Source: Eledone cirrhosa (taxonomy: Eukaryota). Taken from it: a stretch of 64,000 bases of DNA. Both the position numbers and the translations under genes were made by a program. Of this stretch, positions 1 to 14,403 are shown one piece after another (positions within the stretch are counted from its first letter, which is position 1; each line of letters opens with the position of its first letter). The notes beneath the pieces were generated by a model. The model saw nothing but the letters and a program-made list of their open reading frames with translations, had not been told where the DNA came from and ran no database searches. The DNA lies in the NCBI GenBank assembly GCA_964016885.1, contig OZ024741.1, forward strand, positions 54,250,001-54,314,000, given 5' to 3'.

Positions 1-609
1 TACATTACCCACACACAGGTCCACACATGAAAACACGCGAATATAAACACAATATGATAATAAAATAAAATAAAATAAATAAATAAATTTACAATATTTT
101 AGGGTACATTAAAGTCTGTACGTAACTGCATAAACAGGTACAGGAAGGGGTAAAATAAAGAAACGGGTATAATAAAAAAGAAAAAGAAAAAAAGACAAAA
201 ATAAAGAAAAAAAGAAAAACGGGGGGGGGGGGGCGGTACATGACAAGGTGCGTGCGCCCATGCGATATACTACACACAGGTATTGTGAGATGCAAACTTG
301 TGTTCGTGTATAGAACAGGTAACAGTAACAGAACAATGATGTAACAATAAAGATATTAATAATCACTGTTCCAAGGTGGAACAGGTGGATAGTATATAGT
401 CACGATTGACGGTGTACCCATTCAGTGTGACGCCCGTCACGGTCGCCATGGGGAATGAAACCGTGGCTGGGATGTGCTGTTCTATACGTTTAGTGCATAG
501 GACCGGGTGGCAGTGGGCCCCGTGTATGCGGTGTATATTCCAATGCCGTGTGCCTGGTCACGTGCGCACCTGGTTTACATATGATTGCCCCATGGGTCGG
601 ACACCGTCA

Positions 610-1625
610 TCATGGCATGGCGTCAGGTCCCCTAATCCTGCTAGGCCAATCGGGTCTGTGCGTACTCATTCCCATGCCCCTGCCTGCGTCACCCGGCGGA
701 TTCCATGCTGAAAATGTGCATCTTCTCAGGTGTCTGCATGTCATGATAATTTCAGACTTCAGGCTCACTGCGTCATCCTTCAGTCTGACTATCTCCATAG
801 CCTCGTGTAGGCACAATCGGCACTTTCTACTTCCGGCCGAATATGCCCTCGCGTGGCGAACGATACTCCATTCCAGGGCGTATGGAGTGCCGTGGTCTTT
901 CATGTCCCACACGAGGTCCGCTAACCTAGTGGAGTGCCTTTTACTACGGTCCCTGAAGGAATTCGTGTGATTATACATCCGCGAATTAAAGGTCGTGGGT
1001 GTTGCGCCGATGTAGGTTCGATGCGCATTTTGGGTTGTAACCACACACTTGTATATTAAGTCTTTCATTAAGCATTTTCCCTGTAGGGGGCACTGAGCGC
1101 CCGCTCTACAGTTGCAAGTTTTGCTGTCAGTTCTTGTGCGTCCGATGTCCGGGCCCCGATCTGTTATGGCCCTCTCAAGGTTCTCAGGGTGTTGCACCGC
1201 CGACACATTTGTCTTCCCCATGCCACTATTTCCCTCTCGGTGTTGGACCGTATCGCCCTCAGCGGGCGCTCTGTTCGAGTCGGGGGCCTGGTTGTCATTT
1301 GAAGATAGGTCCCTGGGTGGTGCTCCGCGCTCCGAAACATGGTCACTCTGTCGTCGTGGTTGACGACCAGTGTGCGCCATCTTCACCGCGTTAGTTCTAG
1401 CCATGTAGTCGGCCATATTCGGCGCCGTGGAGAAGGAAAATTTCACCGTGTGTCGGTTGAAGATTTTGTCGTACTTGTTTGTCATCGGAAAGCACTCGTC
1501 CAGCGCTCGGAAGAAAAGTCCTGGCACGTTGGTGCGTACATGTTTGGAGTAAGGCGCATTGAACCAGGTAACGGCCTTAGATCTGTTCCTTCGTGTGCGT
1601 GGATTCTTGTTGGTGTATCCAGGGC

Positions 1626-1629
<4 letters not shown>
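610..1629 (-). mobile_element. Penelope-like retroelement, 5'-truncated; C-terminal linker plus GIY-YIG endonuclease coding region
   Basis: Frame is open from the (TA)n edge: VTWFNAPYSKHVRTNV (PLE 'IWFNPPYS' motif), CNCR..CPLQGKCL..LIYKC, YIGATPTTFNSRMYNH, WSIV..CRLCLHEA..KSEIIMTCRH. No RT domain present. Confidence 0.9.
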
Positions 1630-2318
<689 letters not shown>

Positions 2319-3062
2319 TTAGAAGCTAAGGTGTCACAAACAAGAGATGTACAGTTTCCCTTCGTCAGCTGTTTACTACGCGTCATGGATGTTTCGGCGC
2401 ATTATAAACAGAACATCTATCCGTAGCGCGCCCATACCCTTTTATCTATCAGAAAGCCAGGAGGGAAAGAAGCGATAGCGAAGAGAGAGAAAGAAGGAAA
2501 AAAGAGAGAAAAAGAAAAAAGTAAACATACCGATAGAGGGGGGAAGACAGGACAATGGCACATGTAAGTGAGTAACCGGAGAGGAAATAGATCAAGTTAA
2601 ACGAAGCAGTTGGATTTAAACCCGGGGACCATAATAACAGAGGAGCTAGGTAAATCCATGTCTATTCTCAGTGAAATTAAGTGTAGAGATGGAGGGAAAG
2701 ACGGAGGAACCGGAAATGAGAAGGGCGGAAGGCTGAGGGGTGAGTACGAGGGATAGAGGGAGAGAGGGAGAGAAGGGAAAAGGAGTTAATCCAAAAGGGT
2801 TTACTACGCACATGCAACCGGGGCCGACAGACAAGCCAAATCGATAGAGAGAAAGTGAGAGAGGGAGAGAAAGAGAGAGAGAGGGAGAAAGGGAAGGAGT
2901 TGATCCCAAAAAGGCGAAACATAAGTCCGAAGTAACAATAAATCGAGCGAGTTAGGTAAAGCGGATGGAGCGGAAGTCACAGCAGTAAATACAAAAATAT
3001 GAATTGAGGAGGGCGAAGTTGTGTTGTTACTTGTAACGAGTGTTAGAAGGTAAGGCGACACA

Positions 3063-3167
<105 letters not shown>

Positions 3168-3289
3168 AATAGAGAGAGAGGGGGGGGGATGTGAGAAGAG
3201 GAGAGGAAGGAACGGAAAAAATCGGGGAAAGCAAACACTCGTGTGTAATCAGTTAGCTATTTCTACACACAGATATACACACACACAGA

Positions 3290-3330
<41 letters not shown>

Positions 3331-3334
<4 letters not shown>

Positions 3335-3640
3335 AAATATTAGGAAGGAAAAGGATTTTTTCAGTAGAAAATTTTGAAGAGATTCTTTCGGTTAAATATC
3401 AAACATTAATTTATTTACTGAGAAATGAACTCTCTTTTCTGAATGAACATGTATGTGAAAATTAATTTTTCCTCCCCTTTTTTATTATTATTATTATCAC
3501 TATTTCTCCTTATCCGCAATTGACAATGCACATAATGCTGAAACCGGTATTGTAAATAAATTAATGTTTTGATATTTCACCGAAAGAATCTCTTCAACAT
3601 TTTCTACTGAAAAAATGTTTTACCTTTCTACTATTTGTTT
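3331..3640. repeat. Diverged fold-back element between (TA)n tracts
   Basis: 3331-3417 is an imperfect reverse complement of 3553-3640. Confidence 0.75.
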
Positions 3641-3676
3641 TTATATATATCAACTTGTGTGTTACTTTTCTACATT

Positions 3677-3727
<51 letters not shown>

Positions 3728-4048
3728 TGAATATATATTGTTGTGTCTGATCGAGACGAAGCGTCAGTAGTATATTTGATTCACAGAAAAATGAGAAAAC
3801 TTCGCTAGAACAGCTTTTAAAACAGCCAAGAGCGATGGGCAATGACGCCTCAGATGACAGAGACCCGTGACAGGGGATCAGCCCAGAGACAATCCACAAG
3901 GTGGGTGATAAAAAGATGAAATATAGAAAAGATTGAGGGAGGAGGAGGAGGACAAAGATGAGTGCGTTGGCACATAGAAGTGATAGAAGGAAATAAAGAG
4001 AGGTGATGTACAAGACAGGTTTACAGACACATATTCACCCTCGCTGGT

Positions 4049-4111
4049 TACTCTTTTACTCTTTTACCTGTTTCACCCATCCAGCTGAGGCCATGCTGGG
4101 GCACCGCCCTT
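4049..4111 (-). mobile_element. SINE 3' fragment
   Basis: TACTCTTTTACTCTTTTACCTGTTTCA...GGCCATGCTGGGGCACCGCC; same start recurs at ~24256-24293. Resembles a common octopus SINE end (from memory). Confidence 0.5.
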
Positions 4112-4803
4112 GGTTGTAGAGGTAAACATTCTAAATGATAAAGAAATGTATGTATTGTGTGTGCATGAATGTATGAAAATGTATGGGAGAGTGTTGTTAG
4201 TTTGGTAAGGATTGCAGTGTTGTTTATGTGTATTTGAATGGGTGTGAAGGCCGGGTGTTGTCATACATGTGTATCTAAATGTTATGGGCGTGTATGTATG
4301 TGGTATTGTATGTGTGTATGTGGGTATGTGTATATGACTGAGTCAATGCCTGCTATATTGCGTGTATGAGTGTGAGAGAGAATATAGTATTGAAATTTTG
4401 AATTCGTATGTTGTGCTCTTTATTCAGCCTATGGTTTAACTGTGTGTGTGTGTGTGTGTGTGTGTGTTTGTCAGTAGGGAAGGCGTATGTGTAGTATTTT
4501 TTGTAGTGGGGTGTCCGGGTGAGAGTTGTTGGGCAGCAGTTAGATTGGTATCACTTTACCAGCCTAATCAAGGGTGTACGTGTATAAATTTAGTACTGTT
4601 TTATTCGAAGGAAACAGTTTTAGTACATTAAAAGATATCTGAATATATAATAAATATGTAGTTTGTCTACTAATGTATTGCGTACCTTATTTAACATAAA
4701 TCGTTATATATATATATATATATATATATACGTGGAAAAATAAGAAATACGAGAACAGACCATTACAACATGTTTATTTAAAATATATATATATATACAA
4801 ATA

Positions 4804-4835
<32 letters not shown>

Positions 4836-5164
4836 CATGTACATATATATATATATAAGAATTTATTTATAAACACATACCCATACACATGTACATGTTT
4901 GTGTGTGTGCGTCTGTGTACATATGTATGGTGGTAAACAATTTCAGTGTTCAAGAACAATAAATGTATATACATCAGGGTGTGGGCTTGAGTCCCCACGA
5001 ACATCGGATATCGGCAGTAATTGATGCTCTTTCATATACTCCTATATATCTCTGACTTAAGTGCATCAAAATTATGTTGTCTTTTTTACACGTGCAACAG
5101 ACATAAAAATAAAATATATATTTATACATGCTCTAGTAACCACATACATAGACAAACCTAACTG

Positions 5165-5194
5165 TATGTGTGTGTATATATATATATATGTATG

Positions 5195-5285
<91 letters not shown>

Positions 5286-5331
5286 CTATACATATATATA
5301 TATATATACATACATATATATATATACATAC

Positions 5332-5379
<48 letters not shown>

Positions 5380-5416
5380 GGATGTGTCTGTATTTATATA
5401 TGTATATGTATGTGTG

Positions 5417-5455
<39 letters not shown>

Positions 5456-5520
5456 TATATATATATATATATATATGGATGTGTCTGTATTTATATATGT
5501 ATATGTATATGTGTGGTGTG

Positions 5521-5560
<40 letters not shown>

Positions 5561-5672
5561 CATATATATGCATATACATATATATCTATTTATACACACA
5601 CTCACATACATACATAAATATATATATGTGTGTGTGTGTATAAATACACACACACACACACACACACACACA
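5165..5672. repeat. Compound (TA)n/(TG)n/(CA)n microsatellite
   Basis: Directly visible; representative of dozens of similar tracts in 1-43.6 kb. Confidence 0.95.
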
Positions 5673-6087
5673 ATCTGTAAATAATATAAAGTGGTGAGAG
5701 AGAGGAAATACCACTTATCTTTTACAACAGATCTCCGATCTATTGTTGCAACAGTTGATAATGCTTTCACTATAGATAATGTTGTTGTTATTGTAGCTAG
5801 TGTTGTTGTCGTCTTCTAATTATTGCTGCGTAGATTTAGTTTTTTTTTTGCTTCTATCATTGGTCGTCGTCGTCGTTGTCATTTTTATTGTTGCTGTTGT
5901 TGTTGTGATTGTTATTGTTTTGTTCTTTATCCCTTTCATTTTCGTCAAAATCAAAGCTAAGCAATGCCAAGAAGTAGGTATTGATTGAATATAATTTTAT
6001 GGTATGTCTGTTTCCTGCCGTGCACTTCTTGTTCTGTCGCTGAAGATATCCCTAATATAAACAACACACACACACACACACACACAC

Positions 6088-6194
<107 letters not shown>

Positions 6195-6205
6195 TACATA
6201 TATAT

Positions 6206-6340
6206 AACGAAGGAAGTGTGGTAAGGAACCAGATGGATCATAACGCAACAAGAATACTCAATACTTAGGGTAATAGAGTGGGTAATAGGAAAAGGTTTGA
6301 CTCCGACGGCAGAGCTCAAGCCGTTTCGACGGCTATTTCC
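6206..6340. repeat. Dispersed short repeat (probable PLE terminal fragment) carrying the 3' half of a hammerhead on the minus strand
   Basis: GTGTGGTAAGGAACCAGATGGA...GTAGAGTGGGTAATAGGAAA...CGACGGCAGAGCTCAAGCCGTTTCGAC. Homologous copies at ~17545-17781, 21745-21810, 33206-33363, 38418-38458 and 43445-43632. Confidence 0.75.
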
Positions 6341-6490
6341 TATATATATATATACATATGACTGTTACACTTTTGCTCGCCAAGTTATATGCCAATAAAC
6401 ATATAAACAATACATTTAGATGTAATAAAACATTTACATACGATAGATTAGATTCAACGTTGAAATATGTCGGATCATCTTCCCCCCCCC

Positions 6491-6557
<67 letters not shown>

Positions 6558-6814
6558 AGAGATAGATACATATCGAGTATGGCCATTGCACGATATACCA
6601 TTATTAATAATTATTAATTAATGCTATCGTGCAATGCCTGTGCGTGAAGATATTTTTTTAAAGTGAGGAAAGACTGTGCACTGAGCCAATCCCACTCTCT
6701 GAGCGACAGTCGCTAAAACCCGAAAAGAAGAAAAGATCAATATCATCGGTAACTACTGAGCCGCAAGTTTTATATCGGAGTTATCCCAGTTTCCAGAGTC
6801 GCCTTCTCCTAGAA

Positions 6815-8713
6815 CAGGGGTTGGCAACCCCCGGCCCGCGGGCCACATTCGGCCCTCGAGCGATTTTTGTCCGGCCCGCCATCTTACACTGGACACTAAT
6901 TATCTAATTAGTATCGAATACAGATACAGTAGTTCACTTCAAGGTTGTGCCGATCTGAGGCCCATCACAAATCGCTGCTCATAACGTATATATTTACAGA
7001 TACCTTTGTAACCTTATTATATTTTCCATCTATTATTATTTCCTCTTATCCATCTTTTTATGGGCTTTCCGCCAAGCATTATATCACCTGTATTATTATT
7101 TCCTGTGATTTCATGTATGTATTTTTGTTCCAGTCAACAAACACAAATGTTGGCTGGAAGTATGCATTTTCGTCAGCGACTGGAAGGTATACTACCTTAC
7201 GGTTCACATGACTCGCTTTTATACCCATATTGTCATTCAATAAAATCGCTCGTGAATTATTGTTGTCTTCGTTTGCCTGACCTTATCTGTGCCCCCCGGC
7301 ACAAGGTAAAGCTGTCCTTGGAAAAATTACTTCGTTCCCTCCTCCCCAGAGTATTTTCATTTGAGTTTGTTGTCTGGTGGTATAACAACTATGCAGTAAG
7401 CATCCTTATTCGATAATAACGTTTATTTAATTATTTGTGATAAATTGTGTGAATTATTATTATTAGAATTAGGCCAAAAGCGGTTTAAAAAACAAATGGC
7501 AACCCTGATCTAACAACGTCGTTAGAAACCTGGTTTTATATAATTTATTCACAATTATCATATTTTATCGCATTACTGTATTTGCATTTACATTTGTTTT
7601 CATTGTTTCTTATTTCTTCATTCTGATTATTATAATTTTTGTTCTTTTTCCTTTCCATAAATCTTTTCTGTTTGAACAAAAACAAGCCCATGGAAGCTAA
7701 GAAAAGAAAAGTGGATTTGGAGAGCCGAACTTTTAACGATGGCTGGACACTTAGCTGTTTTTTCATTGAGCACTTCGGAAAATGTGTTTGCTTAATTTGT
7801 CAAGAAACCATTGCCGTGAAGAAAGTTTCAAATATTAAACGGCACTATGAAACTCATCATAATCATTACAACAGTTTTTACTTTCATTTCCCAAGTCTCC
7901 AAAATCACAAGAGAGATATAATACCAGACATCTTTGTGAGCTCTATTAAGGATTTGAGAAGCGAGTTTTCTTCTCGTTTTGCTGACTTCCGGCAATATGG
8001 AACTCTATTTAAGTTATTTGGTACTCCTTACGAAACAGATGTGGAGCAAGTGGCAGAAGAATATCAGTTGGAGTTAATTGACTTACAGTGCGACGAATCT
8101 TTGAAATCCAAATTTCAGTTCGAATCCACTGGTGACTTCTACAAGAAATATATATTGCCAAGCGGAAAATATAAAAACATCTTGACTAATGCTATGATGA
8201 TATCATTGTTTGGAAGTACATATGCTTGTGAACAACTTTTTTCAAAAATGAAATATACTAAAAGTCATTTAAGGACAAGGTTGCGTGAGGACCACCTGGA
8301 TGATGTTTTGCTCCTGTCATCGACAAATATTTCGCCTGATGTGAAGAAGTTATCGCACAATAAGCAGAAACAAGTGTCACATTAAATCATTTACCATTTC
8401 TAACTGTATTTCGTTTGTAGCAAGGAATTTGCTTTTTTTTTTATTGATTATGATAGTAGTTGTTTTTCTGTTATTCCTGCAGTAAAATAAGGAATTTACT
8501 TTTTTTTTGTTGAATGTGTTTGTAGTTTTGTTTTCTTTTTTTTTTGTTATTCCTGCAGTAAAATAAGGGGCCTTGTTAAAATGAAATAATATTAAATTCC
8601 TTGTTTTGCTTTAACCTCCCAGAAAATGTATTTACATATTTAATAACATGGCCCTCCCTTATGACACTGCATAGCTGTTTGGCCCTCTCTCTCCAAAAGG
8701 TTGCCGAGCCCTA
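6815..8713 (+). mobile_element. Non-autonomous hAT (Buster/Charlie/SPIN-type) DNA transposon, 1899 bp
   Basis: Left TIR CAGGGGTTGGCAACC plus GGCCCGCGGGCC subterminal motifs; right TIR GGTTGCCGAGCCCTA; 8-bp TSD TCCTAGAA (6807-6814) / TCATAGAA (8714-8721) with central TA. Confidence 0.93.
7690..8385 (+). CDS. Internally deleted hAT transposase (GTF2IRD2/EPM2AIP1-like family), 231 aa: N-terminal zinc finger fused in frame to the C-terminal dimerisation region
   Basis: MEAKKRKVD..RTFNDGW..CVCLICQETIAV.K.SNIKRHYETHH, then a jump (~7880) to HFPSL..FSSRFADF..QLELIDLQ..FGSTYACEQLFSKMK..RL..DHL. Confidence 0.85.
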   Translation: MEAKKRKVDLESRTFNDGWTLSCFFIEHFGKCVCLICQETIAVKKVSNIKRHYETHHNHYNSFYFHFPSLQNHKRDIIPDIFVSSIKDLRSEFSSRFADFRQYGTLFKLFGTPYETDVEQVAEEYQLELIDLQCDESLKSKFQFESTGDFYKKYILPSGKYKNILTNAMMISLFGSTYACEQLFSKMKYTKSHLRTRLREDHLDDVLLLSSTNISPDVKKLSHNKQKQVSH

Positions 8714-9004
8714 TCATAGAAGAATGCCCTGACAAAGGCTAGGGGTCCTTCACTCCAGTGGTTTAACGCGCGGTATATGTCTATATACATATTTACACAA
8801 TTTCGGATGGCCGTTGGCTCCTATGAGTTCTTTCGCCCTTTGTCACGTTTTGTTTTTTGTTCTGCTGGGTATCCAAAATCACCCTCCTCACCAAGTAAAC
8901 TTGATGGGGTTGCCGGTTTAGTCGCCGACGCCCCGACCATGCGACAGGTTGTACTGGGTTACATGTTACTAGTAGCACTAAAGAGTGACACGACATACAT
9001 GCAT

Positions 9005-9184
<180 letters not shown>

Positions 9185-9312
9185 TAGGTATCATAATATA
9201 TATAATATAATATGCATGAGGATTGTATTTATCAGTAGAAAGGCTCAAATGGACATTTGCCTAGAGCATCAATAATTCAAATTTAAAGATACTATGTGTT
9301 TCTCAAATGTAC

Positions 9313-9460
<148 letters not shown>

Positions 9461-9592
9461 GCAGACAGACAGAGAGAGGGAGAGAGACAGAATATAGAAT
9501 TACCATCATTCACCGTATACTGACTACAGAAAATAGTCTAATAATAGGACATATGAACGCCCATTTTTTCCGTTTTGCCCTAATATTAGACT

Positions 9593-9773
9593 ATTGGCAG
9601 TATCGGTAGACGGTTGGACGTCATGCTTTGACGCATAGAATTACGGCTCTTTCCATTCTGAGTTCAAATCCCACCGAGGTTAACTTTGCCTTTCATCCTT
9701 ACGGGGTCGATAAAATAAAGTACCAGTAATGTACTGGATAATTGCTGGCCTTGTGCCAAAAGTAGAAACAATT
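9593..9773 (+). mobile_element. tRNA-derived SINE (central domain resembles MetaSINE type)
   Basis: A-box-like TGGCAGTATCGG, B-box GAGTTCAAATCC, GCCTTTCATCCTTACGGGGTCGATAAA core; five copies in the window. Confidence 0.85.
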
Positions 9774-10038
9774 ATATATCTATGCATGTATATAAAAAGA
9801 CGGAAATGAACGACGGGTATAACCGTAAATTAGGAAAATCCATTGAAAATTGTAATGAATGTATGTATGTAGATATATTTTCCAATACCGCACTGCCCAC
9901 ACCATCAATCTTTCTAATTTCTCATTCTTTCTACTGAAGACGCTCTTCCTGCTATTTCAAGCGTTAAACTAATATATTCCTTCCATATACTGTACCGATT
10001 GTGTTGTTATTTCTGTTTACCTTACACATACATATTTA

Positions 10039-10106
10039 TTTTATCTGATGAGAACACGATTTTTGTCCCAGGATGATGTTGTTTTCAAAATTTGCATAAT
10101 AAAATA
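10039..10106 (+). ncRNA. Degenerate minimal type I hammerhead motif
   Basis: TTTTAT-CTGATGAG-..-CAAAA(for CGAAA)-TTTGC-ATA-ATAAAA; same family as 33915-33980 but with G12 mutated. Confidence 0.4.
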
Positions 10107-10258
10107 TATGGAACTTTTATAACCATCACTTAATTTCTTCTTTAATATATACTCCAGTTCTACCAACTGTTGACTCCTACTTATCTGATATATGCATAGT
10201 TTTATTGTTCTACAATATTACAAACCTCCTACATTATATATATATATATAATGTAGGA

Positions 10259-10441
10259 GGCGGTGGATTGGCAGTATCGGTAGAGGGTCAGACGCCATGC
10301 TTTCCAGCATAGTTACGTCCCTTTACGATCTGAGTTCAAATCCCGCCGAGGTTGACTTTGCCTTTCATCCTTACGGGGTCGATAAAATAAAGTACTAGTA
10401 ATGCACTGGGTAATTGCTGGCCTTGTGCCTAAAGTAGAAAC

Positions 10442-10445
<4 letters not shown>
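10259..10445 (+). mobile_element. tRNA-derived SINE copy
   Basis: High identity to 9593-9773. Confidence 0.88.
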
Positions 10446-10490
<45 letters not shown>

Positions 10491-10897
10491 CATGTGTGTG
10501 TGTGTGCATTGCCACAATAAAATAGATCAGGTACTGAGAGAGAATGAACATTTAAGGCTTGTGATCTATCCGGAATTTCATTAAAACATTATCACTAAAG
10601 TTTACCATTGAGAGTTGTAGCAACGCCTGGACGCGACTCCAGTTTATACTGCTAAATATATTACCCTTCCCACCTGGCGAAAAGACCAGATGCTAAAATG
10701 ATGTGTTGTTCAAACTACCACAACTATTTAATAAATTGCAACGGAATACGAGATATACATAGACTATTTGTACATGCTACCGAAGAACTCTAACGAGCCC
10801 ACAACACCGTTATAAATACAAAAGTAATTATTGATTGGAAACACCCTCATTCATCAATTCCTAACTAAGAGAAAGTAGTTATAAGGCATAGAACAAT

Positions 10898-11107
10898 AAT
10901 TGTTTCTACTTTTGGCACAAGACCAGGAGAGTGGAAAGTCGATTAAATCGTCCCCAGTACTCACTGGTGCTTTATTTTATCGACCCCGTAAGGATGAAAT
11001 GCAAAGCTAACCTCAGTGGGATTTGAACTCAGAACATAAACGGCCATAACTCTCTGTCGTGAACCATAGTGTCCGACGCTCTACCGTTACTGCCCATCCA
11101 TCGCCCT
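10898..11107 (-). mobile_element. tRNA-derived SINE copy (variant subfamily)
   Basis: Reverse complement of the same SINE, with an extra GTCGATTAAATCG segment. Confidence 0.85.
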
Positions 11108-11461
11108 AATAATGGTGGCGCTCCAGCATGAGCAATGCCAATGAGCTGTTCTAGTTTTACCGACGTTTCATGTTTTCTATAGCACATATTCATCGAGACG
11201 ATCAGGAATCCCGGAACAATCATTGCCATTACATAATCTCTTACACGAGTAAGATATTTGAAGAGGGTAGCCGAGAGTTATTTCAACTTTCAAAACTGTT
11301 CCTTTAATGGACGACTTGACACATGAAGTGTTGTCTCGATGAGGTTCGTTTGCTTCTTGTGTGAATATATTCTTTTTATTACGAAGTGTTGTATGTGCAA
11401 GCATCTCATGGTGTGCCAATGTTGACTTTCAATATGTAACTACATATATAAATATAAATAA

Positions 11462-11507
<46 letters not shown>

Positions 11508-11712
11508 AGAGAGAGAGAGAGAAGGGGGGAGAGAGAGAGACAGAGAGAGATGTTAGACATACATATATATGTCTGTCAGATTAATCAGATATAACAATGG
11601 CTGCCATCGGCTTCAAAATAGGGAGACAGTGAAGAGTATTGTCGATAATTCCGTGCAGAAATCCTACTGGTTTTTCTTCGCCTGACATTTATATATATGC
11701 ATTTATGTATGA

Positions 11713-11784
<72 letters not shown>

Positions 11785-11900
11785 TATATACATATATATG
11801 TGTGTGTGTGTGTGTGTAAGTGTGTTTATGTATGTATGTATGAATGTATCCATGTATGTATGTACGTATGTATGTATGTATGTTTGTATGTGTATGTGCG

Positions 11901-11933
<33 letters not shown>

Positions 11934-12318
11934 TTCTATATGTTTATATGTGTATATAAATGTATGTATATATATATGTACATGTATATATGTGTGTGGG
12001 GGTGGGTGAGTGTTGTGTATGTGTGGTAGTGTATGACTGTAAAAGCTTTCTTATTTACGGGTATCAAGGCACATTCGTTGAATGACAAAACTAAGATCTA
12101 GATGTTGTAGTTACTTGAAAACTATATCCATTAAGGAATTTCCTGTCCGCCATATTGTCATCTTATTTACTTAATTCTATCTTTGTTTATAACATCTTTT
12201 TTTTATTACTCTGTATCTATTGTTCGCTGTGCGTGTTTTTGTGTATGTGTTTTTTTTTATATTTTGTTTTGCTCCTCTATTGACGTCGAGTTTCGTTTCG
12301 ACTAAGACATACATAAAT

Positions 12319-12500
12319 TGTTTCTACATTTGGCACAAGGCCAGCAATTACCCAGTACATTACTGGTACTTTATTTTATCGACCCCGTAAGGATGAAAGG
12401 CAAAGTTAACCTCGGCGGGATTTGAACTCAGACTGTAAAGGGACGTAACTATGCTAGAAAGCATGGCGTCCAACCCTCTACCGATACTACCAATTCACCG
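12319..12500 (-). mobile_element. tRNA-derived SINE copy with ~18-bp target-site duplication
   Basis: ACTAAGACATACATAAAT occurs at 12301-12318 and 12501-12518, flanking the SINE. Confidence 0.92.
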
Positions 12501-12617
12501 ACTAAGACATACATAAATGAGAGAATGCAAGTGTTCTACACACACGCACGCGCGCGCACACACACGCACGCGCGCGCACACACACACACACACATACACA
12601 TACACACACGCACACAC

Positions 12618-12692
<75 letters not shown>

Positions 12693-12721
12693 AAAGAATA
12701 GAGGTATAACACACGAGTTAT

Positions 12722-12997
12722 GATATATTGGTAAAAGGAAAAGCAAATGCTGACAAATTGTTCCCAGTGAAAAATAGTTTAATTAGGAATAATATATATA
12801 TATATTTATTAAAATAACAGATTAAAGTTTAAGCAAAGAATCGGTGCTTTCACCCTCTACGGGATCCCGTTAAGGGTGAAAGCACCGATTCTTTGCTTAA
12901 ACTTTAATCTGTTATTTTAATAAATATATATATATATTATTCCTAATTAAACTATTTTTTCACTGCGAACAATTTGCAGCATGTTCTTTTCCTTTTA

Positions 12998-13005
<8 letters not shown>
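12722..13005. repeat. Near-perfect ~280-bp spacerless palindrome
   Basis: Centre CGGGATCCCG (12860-12869); arms mirror out to TTGGTAAAAGGAAAAG / CTTTTCCTTTTACCAA. Family also at 25358-25847 and 37319-37405. Confidence 0.93.
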
Positions 13006-13062
<57 letters not shown>

Positions 13063-13210
13063 AGAGAGAGAGAGAGAAATGACTTCTACAGGACTAGAAC
13101 TGTTTCATTCGAAAGAAATCATCATCATATATATATATATATAAGGTGAAACAACTGTTCCCGGTATGGTGAACTAACTGTTGTGTTACTACTTTTTATA
13201 TATATACATA

Positions 13211-14340
13211 TATATAAGAAAATAAGTCCATAGAATTATTTGATATAATATATACAGTATTTCTCCTCCCAATCAGCATAACCAACCACATAAAAAATCA
13301 ATTAAACGAGGCTATAAGTTTAAAATGTACCTATGAAGAAACAATAGATAAATAAACGATAGCTACTTCATCCGCGATCCACAGCCACAGAAGATTTACC
13401 TAGTATTTCTAATAGCCCGTAGAAATTGACTAGTCATATAGTTAACCATACACAATTAGGTACAAAATCAAAGTTAGAAGAAAAAATGTACATAAACATA
13501 CCAAAATAATATTTCTACTCCATGAGGCTTCATTGGCTTTTATTTAATTAATTAATTCGTCATTGAGCCACAGCGTGAATGGTTGCCAAAAACACATATA
13601 TATATCTATGGCTCTGTCTAGTTTATGTATATGTAAACCTCTATATTTTATATACTCCCGTAAGGTTGAGTAAAACTTTAGGCAGTATTCGGCTCCGCTT
13701 TCTAGCAACCAGCCTACTCGCCGCCAAGCAGCAATCACGAGCTTTCTGACTTGACCACTGGCCATGTGACAATTCTTAGCCATTTTGAATTCGTTTCTGG
13801 CGGGGATCATTTAAAAAAATCTTAGTCCAATTGAGTTTGTTTCCTGATGATTTCGAAACTCGTTGATTTATCCATGATCGGATATTTCCAAAAAGCGAAT
13901 GAAATCTCATGGGGTAGAAACATAATTTTGATATGTTTATGTACATTTTTTCTTGTAACTTTGATTTTGTACCTAATTGTGTATGGTTAACTATATGTCT
14001 GGTCAATTTCTACGGGCTACTAGAAATACTGGGTAAATCTTCTGTGGCTGTGGATCGCGGATAAAATAGCTATCGTTTATTTATCTATTGTTTCTTCATA
14101 AGTACATTTTAAACTTATAGCCTCGTTTAATTGATTTTTTATGTGGTTGATTATGCTGATTGGGAGGAGAAATACGGTATATATTTTATCTAATAATTCT
14201 ATGGACTTATTTTCTTATATATTGCTCTGATTGTTGATTATTTAATTAATTAATTCGTCATTGAACCACACCGTGAATTGTTGCCAAAAACACATATATA
14301 TTTATGGCTCTGGCTAGTTTATGTATATGTAAACCTCTCT
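13211..14340. repeat. Fold-back element with ~320-bp arms plus a ~95-bp direct repeat
   Basis: 13211-13534 is the reverse complement of 13898-14222; 13542-13640 is directly repeated at 14241-14340. CTGATGA-TTTC-GAAAC at 13844-13859. Confidence 0.88.
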
Positions 14341-14348
14341 CTCTCATC

Positions 14349-14403
<55 letters not shown>

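Noticed and set aside
9593-9680. tRNA gene
   Set aside because: A/B boxes belong to the SINE head; no cloverleaf, and the sequence continues into the SINE body.
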